Source of the DNA: Macrostomum lignano
Lineage: Eukaryota
Reading direction: 5' to 3'
Length of the DNA stretch: 64,000 nucleotides
Assembly (NCBI GenBank): GCA_002269645.1
Contig: NIVC01000018.1
Location: 1-64,000 of the forward strand
Part shown: positions 1 through 12,761 of the stretch, in pieces
Position numbering within the stretch: position 1 is the first letter of the stretch
Layout: every line of letters begins with the position of its first letter
Translations under genes and position numbers: made by a program
The notes under the pieces: model-generated
What the model was told of the DNA's origin: nothing
The model's database searches: none
What the model saw: only the letters and a program-made list of their open reading frames with translations

Positions 1-434
1 GATTTATTAAACCAAAGAAAGAAATTATTTTTAAGAAATTGTGTTTTTTAATGGATTTGTGTTAATCATTTTTGCTCTTTGCTTGGTTGCCCTGAAGGTG
101 GCACTAGATTGCTAGTCAATTATGTTCATTTCTCATTTGGCCTTGCCTAATATATGCAAGCTGTCAAAATATTAGATTTTTACCATGATGTATAGTTATA
201 TAGTTAACAAGACAGAATGGTAGGAGAATATTTGATGGAAATAAAATAAAAAACTTTGAAAATTCAGACATTATGATTTGAAAATTTTAATAAATAGTCA
301 ATTAACTTTTTGGAATCTTATAGACATAACTTTTAAGCTTGTTTTTTGAAAGGTCTATTGTGCATTATTGTTTCTAATGTAGAAAACAGTTTAAAAAGAT
401 TGCTTTATACTTTCAATACTTTTACTGATTTCAG

Positions 435-3400
435 ATGACATAATACCCAGTACTAATTCAATGCCATCAAAAAATCGAAACATAGGAGTTGATTGTGGAA
501 ATTGTAGCAAACGTTTGCTCCCCGCAAAGTTTGTTTGCTTTTTCTGGAAAGCAAAGAATGAAGTATATATATCAGTGAAAAACCAATTCAAAGTAGCTGC
601 AATGGCTAGTTTGTACATTGAAAAGGTAGGAGCAAAGGATGAAGTACGATGTCAATTTTGCAATGCCAGTGTTGGAGTTCAGCTGCCATTCGGACCGCAT
701 GGTTCGAATTATATCTCATTAGGAAAGAAAAAAGTCATTGTTGGAGGGATTCAATGTGAGCCAAACGACAAAGTTTCCCAGAAATTGATACCACGGCTAA
801 AGAAACAAATCGATGAGGTGAACATGGACACCTTCTATGGCAGATCAATAGTCCCTGATTTCGGCAACTGGTCCAGTCTAATAGCTCGCCAAGTCCCAGT
901 TCAGTTCGCTTCGCCCTCTGCTCCTGAGCACTTCGACTGGTCCGACCTCCTTGTATCGGACAAAGTGCCACGGACCTACCAGCTGGAGGCTTTCGTTGAG
1001 GCACTTCAGCGAGATCTTGTACTGGTGCTGCCCACTGGCTCAGGCAAGACGCTGGTGGCAGCTCTGCTGCTGGCTCGGATGCGAGCTCTGAACCCGGGAC
1101 GGATGGGGGCCCTGCTGGTGGAGCGAGTGCCGCTGGTGTTCCAGCAGGCCAAGGCGCTGGAGGCGGACACTGGGCTAAAAGTGGCCGCGCTGTGCGGAGA
1201 AATTATGACCTCTTGGAAAATTCGAGAACTTCTTGATGGAGCGCATGATTTGGTAAGCAATCTTGTTATTTTTAACTATTTACCCAAGTCTCGTCTCTCC
1301 TTAACAAAAAAGCTTTTCCGGATCGTTTTAGGTGGTGATCACGGCAGGCGCCCTGCTCTCCCTAATTACTAATCGGCGAATTCCAGACTTGAGCGCGTTT
1401 TCATGCATTGTAATCGACGAGTGCCACCACGCGAGTTCCCCGCGGCACAACTTCCCGCGCGTCCTTAAGCTGAACCACCAACTGCCAGAGGATATGCGAC
1501 CTCGTTTGCTAGGCTTGACTGCATCGCCTGTTGAACCTGGAGACGGCGATTCCGAAGGACAGAAGAAACTGCGTCGTCTTTTATCATTTTTTTCTCCTGA
1601 TTGCGTTGCGTTCCGACCTGCAAAAGCAGAGGAGTCGGCCGTGCAAACAGTGACCAAGCTCTGTCATCCGTCCTCGCTGCAGATACAATTCACTGAGGAC
1701 CTTAGCAAACTTTTAACAGATAGCAACGAAAAACTGAACCTTGGCCTACCGATCCGAGAGTCGATGCCTGTGCCAAGCAACCGGCTGCGCATGCTGGCTG
1801 GTCAGCTGCGCGGCTTCATCTATAGCGGCCTGCCACAATTTCGAAACAACCGAGAAGAGATTCGCGACCTGCTGTGTCTCCTGGCCGCCATGGAAGCATC
1901 CCAACTTGTTGGCGTCTCAAAGGCAGCCCCTTTTCTCGACGACCTTCGCTGCATTTCCACAGCCACCATGCGATTTCGCTCTGATCCAAACTGGCAGCTG
2001 GATGTTTCTGAGCGCATGCGGGTGGTCGAAGCCGAGGCCGCATCGCTGTTGCAGGTCGAGAACAAAGAGTCTCGACTTCTCGTGCTGACGTGGACTCGCC
2101 GAACGGCCCGACTGCTGCACGCGCGCCTGTCCGAGCTCTTCCCGAACCTCAGGCCCCAGCTGGTCGTAGGACGTGGTGGCGCAGACGGCATGGACTGGGA
2201 CGGCGAGCAGTCAGTGGCTATCGACAGCTTCAATGACGGCAGCAGTCGTCTGATTGTGAGCACAGCAGTGCTGGAAGAGGGTCTCGACGTCAGCGCGTGC
2301 GACGTTGTTATCAGGTTCGATGCAGCCAAGTCGCTTGTGCAGCTGTTGCAGAGCCGCGGCCGGGCGCGCAAAAAGGACAGTCGGTTCTTGATGGTCGTCG
2401 ATGAAAACGAAGCGGCCGCTGCAACTGATTTGAGCGAAAGAGAAAATATGCTGAACCGTGTGGTGGACGATCACTCGCTTGAAAACGGGGTTCCATCCGA
2501 GCTGACGCGGCAAATGGTAAAGCATTTGGCTGAACGAAAGAGCCCTGTGCAAGCTGCTCGATCTGTTGTAGCTCACTACTCAATGGGATTGACAGGCAAA
2601 ATGGGAGGCCAGATAATGGTCCAGCTATGCTGCCCCGAGTTGCAGAGGAAAGACTGTGATAAAGAAGCTTTAATGCTAAGTATTGAGAAAGAAAACTTCG
2701 TTAAAGTTCGCTCCATCGATTTGCTATTTGATCAGTGTGAGAATCATTCTTTGCCTTCTGGGTTGTTTCCACGAGACTCAACAGTCGCTGCCGTGTACTT
2801 GGAAACGCACTCAACTTTAGATTCTCCTCTTGGCATTTATCACGAATTCGCGCGTCGTTGGTCATTCGAACTGAACAATAAGCCAATTTATGCGATGCCA
2901 GACGTGCGAAAAGTGGAAGATTCGGACGACGATTCCATTAAAAAATCCGAAAGAACAGTTCAGACTCTCAGTTCCGTTGCAATTGGCCAGTTTCAGACAA
3001 AAACTAAAGTAGTTGAGGCGTTGCATATTTCGGAAGAAAATATCGAATTAGAAATAGATTCTAATCGCAATCTCATTTCAGTATTTTTTCGTGCTGCTGG
3101 AGTTTCACTGGTAGTATCAAGCATTGGTGGAACTAACGGGTTTGCAATGGTGGACTGGTCCAAAGAATTGATTGCTTTACCTTTGGCAGTAGCGCCAACT
3201 ATTCTAAAAACTGTGGAACAGGAGGATCAGCAAAACGACTGGGATTTCAATCCGATTTCTTCTGAAAGCTTTTGCAACACTGAAGATCTTTCAGGAAAAA
3301 TTCGTCAGAAATTTGAAACCAATTCTGTACTCATCCTGCATCTACCAAGAGCCCCTCGATCAGCTGAGCCCCTCGACTGGATGAGACTCCGTGCGACGTT

Positions 3401-6400
3401 TCCTCTGCCGCTGCTCGATACCCGACTTGAGTCCGAAGAGTATGCCTCCCCAGGGGAAAGTGAGACGCTCTTCGAATACTGTCATAGAGTTAAGCCATTC
3501 CAGGAATTGTCCGTCCGTGACAAAGCAGAGTTCCAGTGCCGCTGGCAAATGCAGGCTCTGATTGACAGCCGTCGCTTCCTCATCACTCAAGAATCAGCTG
3601 CAGGTATTGAAAATAGAATCGCAGCAGCTGCACAAGCAGACTCTGAACTCGATAACGACTGCCCAACAAACCTCATTAAACTGGCCAACGCACTGTTGAC
3701 GTTGTCGGCTACTGGGGATGGCGACGCCTTCTTTGAAGATGTGCTTGGAGACCGGCTGAACTCTGCGCTTAGTGTTCTCGAGGTGACCGATGAGGATGCG
3801 GAAGACGCTGCTGTTGGTCCGCCAGTTGCATGTGGCTCACTGCTCGTGAAGCGAGTTGCTGTGACTCCAACAAGAGTGGTATTGTTCCCCGCCACTCCCG
3901 TAGCATCGAGTCGCCTTCTGCGTCGGATCCCTCCAGAAAGACTCGTGATGGTCGCCTTCACCGACGAGTCATGCGGAGTCGTGCGAGGCGGCGGCGTCAA
4001 TGTTGCCTCTGCTGCTTCAGTCGGTGCTCGATTCACCAAAGTGCTGCGGGACGGTCTGACTCTGGCCGGACGGATGTACCGGTTTTTTTCGGCAAGCAGC
4101 GGTCAGCTACGAACGAGCCGGTGCTTCTTTGTGGCCGCAGAGTCTGTCGAGGAAGTGCAGCGACTGCGAGACCAGCTGGTCGAGAATCCGACAGAGTTCC
4201 GATCGGTTTCCAAATATCTGTCTCGACTGGGACTTTTTCATACAGCTGACACATGGGTAGCCAAATTAGAGACCAACCAAGTATCGAAATGTATTGACCA
4301 TCGAGCTCTCAATGACGACCTTCTGACGGACGGTGAGTATCAGTTCGTGCATGTATATGAGCTTTAATGTGCATTGTGCACAGCAAATTTTGACCTCGCA
4401 AAGCATTCGCACATTGCAGGAAGCGGGAAAATCAGCTCAGAACTCGCTATGTCAATTAAATCCAAACTGGACCTGCCAGAGCTACCGTTTGCCTTCCAAT
4501 TTCGCTTTGGTGGAGCCAAAGGAGTCCTGACCACTGTCTCCGATAAGGACCCAAATCTAGACTTCAGCAAGGAATCTTGCTGAGACCATCCACTGTGAAG
4601 TTCAAAAGCTCAGACACAAACTTGTGCATTGTCGGAACGTCTCAGTGCGGTAGACTTTGCCTCAACAGAGAGATCATCACTCTGCTGGAGGCGCTGGCCT
4701 CCAAGTGTGACAGCTGGAACCCGTCGCAACGTCTGCGAAACATTCTCGACGCGGAACTGCGAAAAATAGCCGAGTCTCTAGCGACTCCTTCGGCAGCCAC
4801 CGCGGCACTTCGAGAATTTATTGACAAACCGAGCTTGGCAACAGCGAGTGTTGTGGAAGCTGCGCGACACTTCAACTTTCTGACCGATCCGCACTGGCTC
4901 GGTCTGCTGCGATGCGTTTTCCGATTTCGGCTGTCCGACCTGCAGAAGCGAGCTGCTCTGCCAGTGGGCGACCTCGGTTGTCGCGTAATGGGCGCACCTG
5001 ATCCGCTAGAAGTGCTGGCTGAGGGCCAGGTGTTTCTTCGAATCAAGCGGAAACCCAGTGATCAGGCTAAGCAGATTGAGGGTCCAGTGCTGATATATCG
5101 AAACCCATGCCTGCATCCGGGAGACGTTCGAGTGGTGCAGGCCGTGGCCAAACCGCAGCTGTGTGGGTGGCTTAACCTGCTGCTGCTTCCTTCGCGCACT
5201 GACTGCCGCCGCTCACTGGCTGCCGATTGCAGCGGCGGTGACCTCGACGGAGACCAGTTTGGAGTTGTGTGGGACCCGGAGCTCGTGCCGCCTCTAGAGG
5301 CAGTCCACGAACCTCTGGACTATGCGAAGCTGGCATCAAACGAGCCACAGCTACCCGAAGGAGCTGACGTTACGAACCCAGTCTTGCTGGCCAACTTCTG
5401 CGCACAGAACTTTGCGAACAGCTTTCTTGGTCGAGTAGCGAATTTGCACCTGGCCATTTGTGATCAGCTGCCTGGTGGCGCCCTCAACCAGTTGGCGATC
5501 GAAGTTGCAAAGGCTCAATCGGTCGCAGTCGACTTTCCAAAGACAGGAATCGTACCGGAGGTGCCTGAAGCAGCAGTAAAATTCGTTAAAGAGAAAGGCT
5601 ACCCAGACTTCATGGAGCGCTCTGATTCCTACCCTTCAGATAAGCTTCTGGGTCAGTTGTACCGAAGATGCCGCTCCTGCGACCTGGATTGGGATCTGCT
5701 GGACTCGATCGATCAAGAAAATCAACAGTACGAGTACGATGTGACATGGGCCGGTCAGGAGAAGTTTTTGAAAAGCGCCAGTCGGCTGTTTGAGCTCTAC
5801 CGCTCTGATCTGCGGGCACTGATGTCGCAGTGGGGCGCAAGAAGCGACAGGGAGCTGCAGCTCGGTCGCTGCTTTCAGTGGCACCCGCTGCTTCGAACAG
5901 ATCGTGGTCGCGCTCACATAGCCATGCGGCAGGGGTTTGACGCTTTGGGCAACAAGTACCGGCGAATATTCGATCAACTTGCTGGGGACGACCAGAACAA
6001 ACGCAGAGCTCAGGCAGCTGCATGGTTTGCAGTGGCGTACAAAAGTGTCGGGACCTCGAAGGCGAAGAAGCCACGAGGTTTAAGTTTCCCGTGGGTCGTG
6101 ACCGACGTTTTGTGTGAAATTCGGTCTCACGGCATGTCGACCTCTGTACTGCAGACCGGCAGCGCGTCACTGCAGTCAATTGATGAAGGTCTCGAAGTGT
6201 CGATCGGTCGCTCGGTCTTTGCCTTCTTCCGCAAATCTCTTCCGGGTCTGCGCGATGCAGTCGGTCGTGCCGACGCAGCCGCCGCACTGGTCAGCGGTCG
6301 CCTGTCCCAGCAGTGTGCAGGAGTGCTCAGTTGCAAGGTGTATGGCTCAGCCTCGATTCTTGTGTGTGATGAGGCTTCATCAGACATCGACTTGTGTGTG

Positions 6401-9400
6401 CTACCTCTTGATAAAGCGTACTCTGAGCCGTGGCTTCCCGCAGAGGTTTCTGTACTGGGAGAATGCGCTCGCCATCGTCATTGGCTCGAGACGCTTGTGT
6501 GGCCCTCACTGGATGCTGCAGTGTTGGAAAAGACTCGATACCTCGATCGCCAAGTTCCGTTGATTCGATGCCGTCTTGGACTGGACGGCGGTGAGGACGT
6601 GGATGATGGCCAGGAGTGCGACATCAGTATGAACAGTGTAGGTCTGGGAAAGACGCGCTACCTTCTCAGCTTGTACAGTCGCTGTCCGTGGCGGCTACCT
6701 TTGCTGTGGCTGCTGGTTCAGTGGGCGAGGGCAGCTGGAATCGTTCGGTCATCAAGTGAGAGCCAGGGGCTGATGCCTACAGCCGAGTTTTACGCTCTTG
6801 TTCTGCATTGCTTTTCTGAGTTCGACGAAGTCGCAAGCAACTTCGAGGAAAGTAATAAATGTCTGCTTGATCTATCATTGTCTGAGCGCCTAGCTTTTTG
6901 ATGGACCGGCTGACTGATAAAGCTTCGGATGCGAATTTTGCCTTTTTGGGCAGCTGCATACTACGTTTTGTTCGGTTTTGCAGTGAATTGTCCGGTGCCG
7001 TGACGTACAAGTGGCAAAGAGTTGAATCCGCTTCATCGGTTCAGATTTCGGCTGAGGTCGTTAGAGGCGTGGCGGAACTTGCGGACGTTGCCTCTCGCGT
7101 TCTCGTCTACACCCACAGCGCAGCGTCCATTGTGTCTTCCGCCGCAATTATTTCAAGTCTCTCTGGAAAAGCCATTCGGCTGACACAGCGTTTGCCCGGA
7201 ATTTTAAGCACTGAAATGTTGCGATCCCTTCGCTTTCACGAGACACGTTTGCGCTTGACTACCGGATGTGATTCTGTACAACTGGAAGAGACCACAGGAT
7301 CGCGCCGACTTCTGATACGGGCAATCGGAGCCCCGTCAGCTATCGATCGCCTTCGACATGAACTCCGCGAACTGTCTGCTAGATTTGGCTTGTCTGGCAG
7401 CTGGACGAGGAAGTACAACAACGGTTTGCGCTACTTTTTGGAGGGAGGTGGAACCGTCATGGCCACTCGATGTCTTTCAAACAGTTGTCGGATCGAGCTA
7501 ATTGATCACCTTGGCTCAGTGAATGTTGAGCATCAAATGCATGATGTTTGCGTTCCGCTGTGTCTCGGGACGGATGGTATTGATTTTACATCATGGACAG
7601 ATGAAGCCGCGCGTCGCTTATTCGCTCTGATGTGTCGCCAGTTTTCTCGCCTTCGATCATCGAGGTCTGAATGCCAAGTTTCTGCAATGCTAAAAGACCT
7701 GGAACTTTCAGTTCGCGTTGGCCGAGTTTATTTCCTAAACGCAACTAACGGTCTTCCTGACGACCGCCGTAGCATATCTCTAGCTGAGCTGGCAGTAGCA
7801 CTGGCGGCCGGTAAGAAGTTCCGCAAGGGTTGCGAGCGACCCGACTTTCGTCGCCGCGATGCCTCCGATGCCACTAGAAAGCATCGCGCAGAGAAAATGG
7901 TTAGTCTTGCGGCTCCTGGCGGCGCATCTCAAGAGCCTCATCCGCCGCTTAAACCGGAACGGGCTCCGAAGCCAAACCGTCGAAAGAAATACAAACTAGG
8001 CGTTGGCTTTCTAGCTGGAATTGTTGCGGATCTGCATCGAATTAGCACCGGAGCAACCGTAGAAGTCTACGAGAAGGCCCTGAAATCATTAGGCTATGTA
8101 GAAATTCCTAAACAGACAGAGCCGGCTCTGACCGGCTGGAAGGTGTCCGTGCGCTTGAGCGCTTCCTATCAGGCTCACCTGCAGCATGATCTTTCATTGC
8201 AGCTAGTGCGAGTCTACGAGCGACCGCTGAATTGTATTTACATGAATTTATTAGACTCTGATAGGCCTGGCGAGAGAAACTCAGCGATTACAGCCTCCAG
8301 CACAGTTGACTGTGAAACTGGAAGTCCAAGTGAAGCCATCGGATTGGAAAATGCGCCGAGAGAAAAATCGAACTCGCACAAACAGAAGAAGAATAGAAAA
8401 TTCAAACGCAAGCGCAAAGGCGATAAAAAAGATGGAGATAAGCATTATCTCGCTGGTGCGGAACAATCTGCTCGGGATGCAACTCAATCTTTGGACAGAA
8501 GAGACGATTCCATTGAAACTCAGGGAGCCGCTGAAACACAAACGGTCAGCTCAGGCTTAACAGAGCAGAGGCAGAGCACCAATGTGATGGATGACAGCGC
8601 CTGTAGCAATTTAGCAGGCAAACAAGGTAAGACAAATGAAGTCAAAAGGCGTTGTTGCAACCGCTGGAATCATGGAAACTACTTGCGAACAGCGCAAATC
8701 TCCAGAAATCGATTGGAGTATACTAAAACATCGAACATCAAGAAAGAAAATTGGTGCATGCATTAAAGTCAAAAGCGGAACTGAAAATCTTACAAATGTC
8801 AGCACAACCGACGGTGCAACCTCCTCTGAAGTTTTCACCGAGGTCGCAACTGGTTGCAGCACTAGCAACGAAGGCTCGTCAGCTAAGACCAACCAGAGGG
8901 GTCAAAGAGGTCAAGAACGCGGCCCAAAAGCAGCTGGCGTAGTGGAAGCTAAAATAGATACGGAAAGTGTGGAATCCTTGGCAGAATCCAAAAGCGACGC
9001 GGAACGCTCAGGTGCAGCAGTGAATGCATTGAGCACTAATGACCGCGTTTTTTCGAATGAGAAGAAATCCAATAAAAACTTCACTTTGGTGACTCCTGAA
9101 AGTGAATTCTCAGCAACAAGCAGACAGAGTGTCGGTGGTGAAGTGGTAGATGCCGCAGCTGCAATGCCTCCCAGCGAGTTGACTAAGAAAGATGGCAGAC
9201 GCCAAAGAAAAGCAGCGTCGAACAACAAATCTTCAAGCAGTGTCGATCAGAGACAAAAGTGCGCCAATGAAGCCGAATTCTGCGGACGACCGAGCACAGT
9301 TGATGCCAGCGGCAGAGCTGCAGCTGCCGGCTACCTGGAGCAGCTGGACTTGCACATTAACCTGGCCGCGTGCGAACCAGTCCGCCCGAGCATGCACCGG

Positions 9401-9799
9401 GAACTTTTCCCAGACGGTGAAGAGTTTCCCTATCTGGTCCGAGATCCAACCACTGGCAAAGTAGTGATCAGCGACCGGGTGCCAAAGTCGCTGACTGTCC
9501 TGGTGACGCGTCAGCGGTCGGTTGTTCGTCAATTTCGCCGTCCGAGCAGCGACGCCGAAGATGTTTGGCCGGAGTTGCGCATCATCAGCGGCTCGCTGCA
9601 CTTTGGCGGCGACCAAAATCTCGAGGCGCAGCCGGTGTGCGATTTGTCGATGCACTTTGACCCAGCGCCGCTGCTGACGGCGGCACAGTACGGTCGGTAT
9701 GGCAACCTCAGCGGCTACTGCAGACGCCTGATGCAGCTCAGCTTGGAACTGACTAGTGCGCTCAAGGAGCAAATCCGGCTGGCTGCTGGTGATGGTTAG
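435..9799 (+). CDS. Large RNAi-type multidomain gene: Zn module + RIG-I/Dicer-like DExH helicase + eukaryotic RdRP + Cid1/TUT-like nucleotidyltransferase + KH-like + unknown C-terminal domain (frameshifted as assembled; possibly 5' incomplete)
   Basis: Inferred exons 435-1252, 1332-4332, 4420-9799. GT-AG introns 1253-1331 (79 nt) and 4333-4419 (87 nt) restore HDL|VVITAG and TD(G)|SGKIS. Helicase motifs PRTYQLE, LPTGSGKT, DECHH (1416), GLTASP, STAVLEEGLDV, QSRGRAR. RdRP motifs AFQFRFGGAKG, RPSTVKF, RNPCLHPGD, SGGDLDGD (5240-5254), AVDFPKTG, YPDFME. NTase motifs YGS (6341), DID (6383-6391), VPLIR, CDIS (6620). Frame breaks near 4570, 6897 and 8645 (the last could instead be intron 8627-8705). 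Acceptor-like tttcag at 429-434. Confidence 0.9.
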
Positions 9800-9891
9800 A
9801 GACTACTGCCTTGTTGTATTAGTTTTTTGCTTTCGTCTTCGATTAGCTACTGACAGCTAGGGCGTTCGTCTTTGTCCTTTTTTATTCACCC

Positions 9892-10203
9892 TAATAATAA
9901 TAATATTAGTAGTAATATTAATAATTGATTACACCTGGCCCAATCAACCGACAGCCCAGCCGCAGCTATTGCGCGGCGCATCTGAAGGCTGCGTACGGCT
10001 GTTCAGTCCAAGGACTGGGGGGGGGGGGCGCCACATACACCCTCAATTACCCCAGCTAATGCTGGCACCCATTTTACAGCTGAGTGAGCTAAAGCAATGC
10101 AGAGTTAATTGTCTTGCTCAAGCACACATATTGTTCTAATGGGATAGGGAATCGAACCGCCGACCTTCAAGTCGCGCGAGTCCGACTCTCTAACCACTAG
10201 GCG
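9892..10203 (-). mobile_element. tRNA-derived SINE, near full length, with (TTA)n-like tail
   Basis: Minus strand begins gcctagtggttagagagtcggactc...ggttcgattccc (A/B-box pattern). Body is shared with the copy at 21042-21262 (cttaactctgcattgct...cagctgtaaaatgggtgccagcattagctggggtaattgagggtgt). AT-rich simple tail at 9892-9935. Confidence 0.8.
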
Positions 10204-11347
10204 GCAACCTCCTTCCTCTGAATATCCGAAACTGCACTGTAGCTCCCGACAAGCAAAGTCAAAGCTGATAACCAACAAACTCATTTTAAACAATCGGTTT
10301 AAATAAAAAAGTTTACATTTTTTAAAACATAAATTTCTTTTTTTGCTAAACCTTTTCCCAAGATTTGGGTGTAAAAACCGGTTCATGCACAGCGTGTTGT
10401 GTGCGCTTATTTTTTCATTCATGAAGTTAAACAGTACATTTTTAATCCAGCAGAATACTATTTCACATTACAAGCTGTCACAGTATTTTTTTTATATACG
10501 CTTTGCAGAATCTCAAATTATTTATACGCTCGTACTTTTCGAAACAGCTTCAATTTTACGCTGGTTTAACAGTCACGCTCGCATATTCAGTGTTGCATGG
10601 GCAGGTCCCGTTGTTAAGCGTTGATCCGTTGGTATCGGAAGTTACCTTTTATAACAATTAACGAACCATGGTTACTTCTTCAGGGTAACGCAATAACGAC
10701 TATACGTTACTTTTTGTTCACTTCCGTTACTCTTTTTTACTTTTATTATTTGTTATCTACAATTTTTCTAAGTCTCATTCAATTTGAATGATTAAAAATG
10801 ATTCTCAAAACATACAGAAATCCATATTGTCAACAGAAATCATTTCATTTCATTTCATTATTGGCTTAGGTGAAGAATGACGCTGAGAGGACCATACCCT
10901 AAAATCAGTCTGGTGGACAGAGTGAGCTAGGGTGTATGATGTGTGCATGCTTGACTGCAGGTGATTTGGAGTTTGATGTTTTTGAATTAAATCAAATTGA
11001 TAGCGAAAAAACCGAATGGTCGATATGAATATATGAGCAAGCCACCAAATTTGTAAGTAGCTATTTTCAACAAGTAAGGAGTTAGGGATTCACTCTCTGA
11101 AAAAAGTACGTTATTTTTATCATTTTTAACGGAATCTATGGCTGCCTTTACCACTTTGTACCACTAACGAAAGTAACGTTTTTAATAACTCTGCCAAACA
11201 CTGGCTATATTAAATTATTCATTCTGTCTACTCTATAACATTCTTTTATTATATAGATTTTTCCTATTGCTATTATTGTTCTTGTTTTTTTATGTCAAAT
11301 GTTTCTAAATAACATTTTCATCTCCAGAACCACCTTTTATCCTTTTT

Positions 11348-12761
11348 TCAGTGCTGTTTAGTACCAGAATTTCTAGTATAGTTTTCTAACGAATCAGCTG
11401 CTTTTTCTCGAAAGTGATAGTTGTGGATTCTTTTTAGTATTCCTCTATCAGACCCAGTTGTCACACTTTCGATGGTGGATTCCGCATCGTCGTCAATCTT
11501 GGTGACTTTGGACCCATAGGCAGCCAGACAAGCGCTCATTCGGGCCACACAGTCCATGTCTCGCCGCTTGTATACATCCACTGAGCTCGAATTCTTGTGT
11601 CCCGTCATTAGTGTAATCGCTTGATTATCGAAACCGGCCTTGGCCAAACAGTTCACCTAAGTTTCAGCAGTTGGGTAAGACAGTATTCTTACAGTTTTAC
11701 TGAAGTGAGTAGGCCATGCAATCTTTACTCACCGTGGTTACTCGCACACAATGGTTGGTGTACTTCCGCTGCAGAGCCAGACACGCACTCAGATTCTTCA
11801 TGAAGTCTCCAAGTGAATCTTTGCCGAGTCGTTGGCAGGCTGAGAAGCCAGACTTATTGAGCCTTGGGAACAACACCTTACATCCATTCGGTAGTTGAGA
11901 GACGTACATTTTAAAGGCTTCGACGGGACAAACAGCTTTGTCTTGCACGCTGTACATCCGAGCTAACTTGAGATCCTTGAATGCCTTCTCGTTCAACGAC
12001 GCTTTAACATTTTTCGACAGCATGGCGACAGCGACGCGTACAAACTCCGTACCTCCTTCTGACACTATCTCAAAACATCCAGGTGTCAACTCTCTCAGAT
12101 TTTCTCGGCCTCGCAGTGCGAAATGGAGCAGAACGTTGAAAATGTTTTCGTCCTGCAGTTTACGAAGGGACGTTCGGTCAAAGTATGCGCGAATAGTTTG
12201 CATGTCGTCCTCGGAAATAGCTTCGTATTTGTCTACCTTCTCGACGTGTCCTTCCATGTACATTTTCACCATGGCGACAAGAACGCCATTGCAACGCTTG
12301 AAGGCTTCTCCGGTAATGATGTTCACCTGGCGATTAACGGACGGGGATTGCAGGTGGCGTTGAATAGCCGCACGAAAACAGATGAGAGACTTTGGCGCAT
12401 AGTAAGTTCCATCCTGCTTTCGAAGGGATGAATAGAAAAGCCTCAGATAATCGTTCAAAAATCGATCCGGAACACGCTCAAACTCCTGGCAGAGCCCCTT
12501 CTCGTTGAGGAACTGTCGGAACCTTGCCACGTGAAGCTTCCGTTGCGTCTCGGTCGATTTCGGCACTGAGTCACTCTCAAGTCGGTCCAACATTTCCAGA
12601 TCTTCGCTACCTAGCTCAGGCAGCCCGTTGGAACTGGACGACGCATCCAGGTTGTCCATCTCCAGAACGTAGCGCGTGCTCGACTCTCGGGTGACAAAAG
12701 CCAACTCGTCCGTGGAGAGTCCACATATTTCTCCGCCAGGAATGTTTGCGTAGCGAATCAT
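11348..12761 (-). mobile_element. Crypton-type tyrosine recombinase (DUF3504 / ZMYM-KCTD1-QRICH1-related), two exons, ~445 aa, apparently intact
   Basis: Exons 12761-11733 and 11656-11348; 76-nt GT-AG intron 11732-11657 joins HCVRVTT|VNCLAKAG. YR catalytic set is present: R in HFALRGREN, HxxR in NHCVR, H in TGHKN, Y in SVDVY. Confidence 0.85.

Noticed and set aside
4560-6901. Programmed -1 ribosomal frameshifting in the RdRP gene
   Set aside because: Neither break has a canonical X XXY YYZ slippery heptamer in the correct frame; single-base indels explain them more simply. No intron of plausible size resolves these two breaks without deleting conserved motifs.
720-6901. Endogenous RNA virus origin for the helicase-RdRP
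   Set aside because: The polymerase has the cellular double-psi-barrel DLDGD signature, not viral GDD motifs, and the gene has spliceosomal introns.
10147-10203. tRNA gene (also 21060-21115)
   Set aside because: A/B boxes are present but there is no complete cloverleaf, and both run into a shared SINE body.
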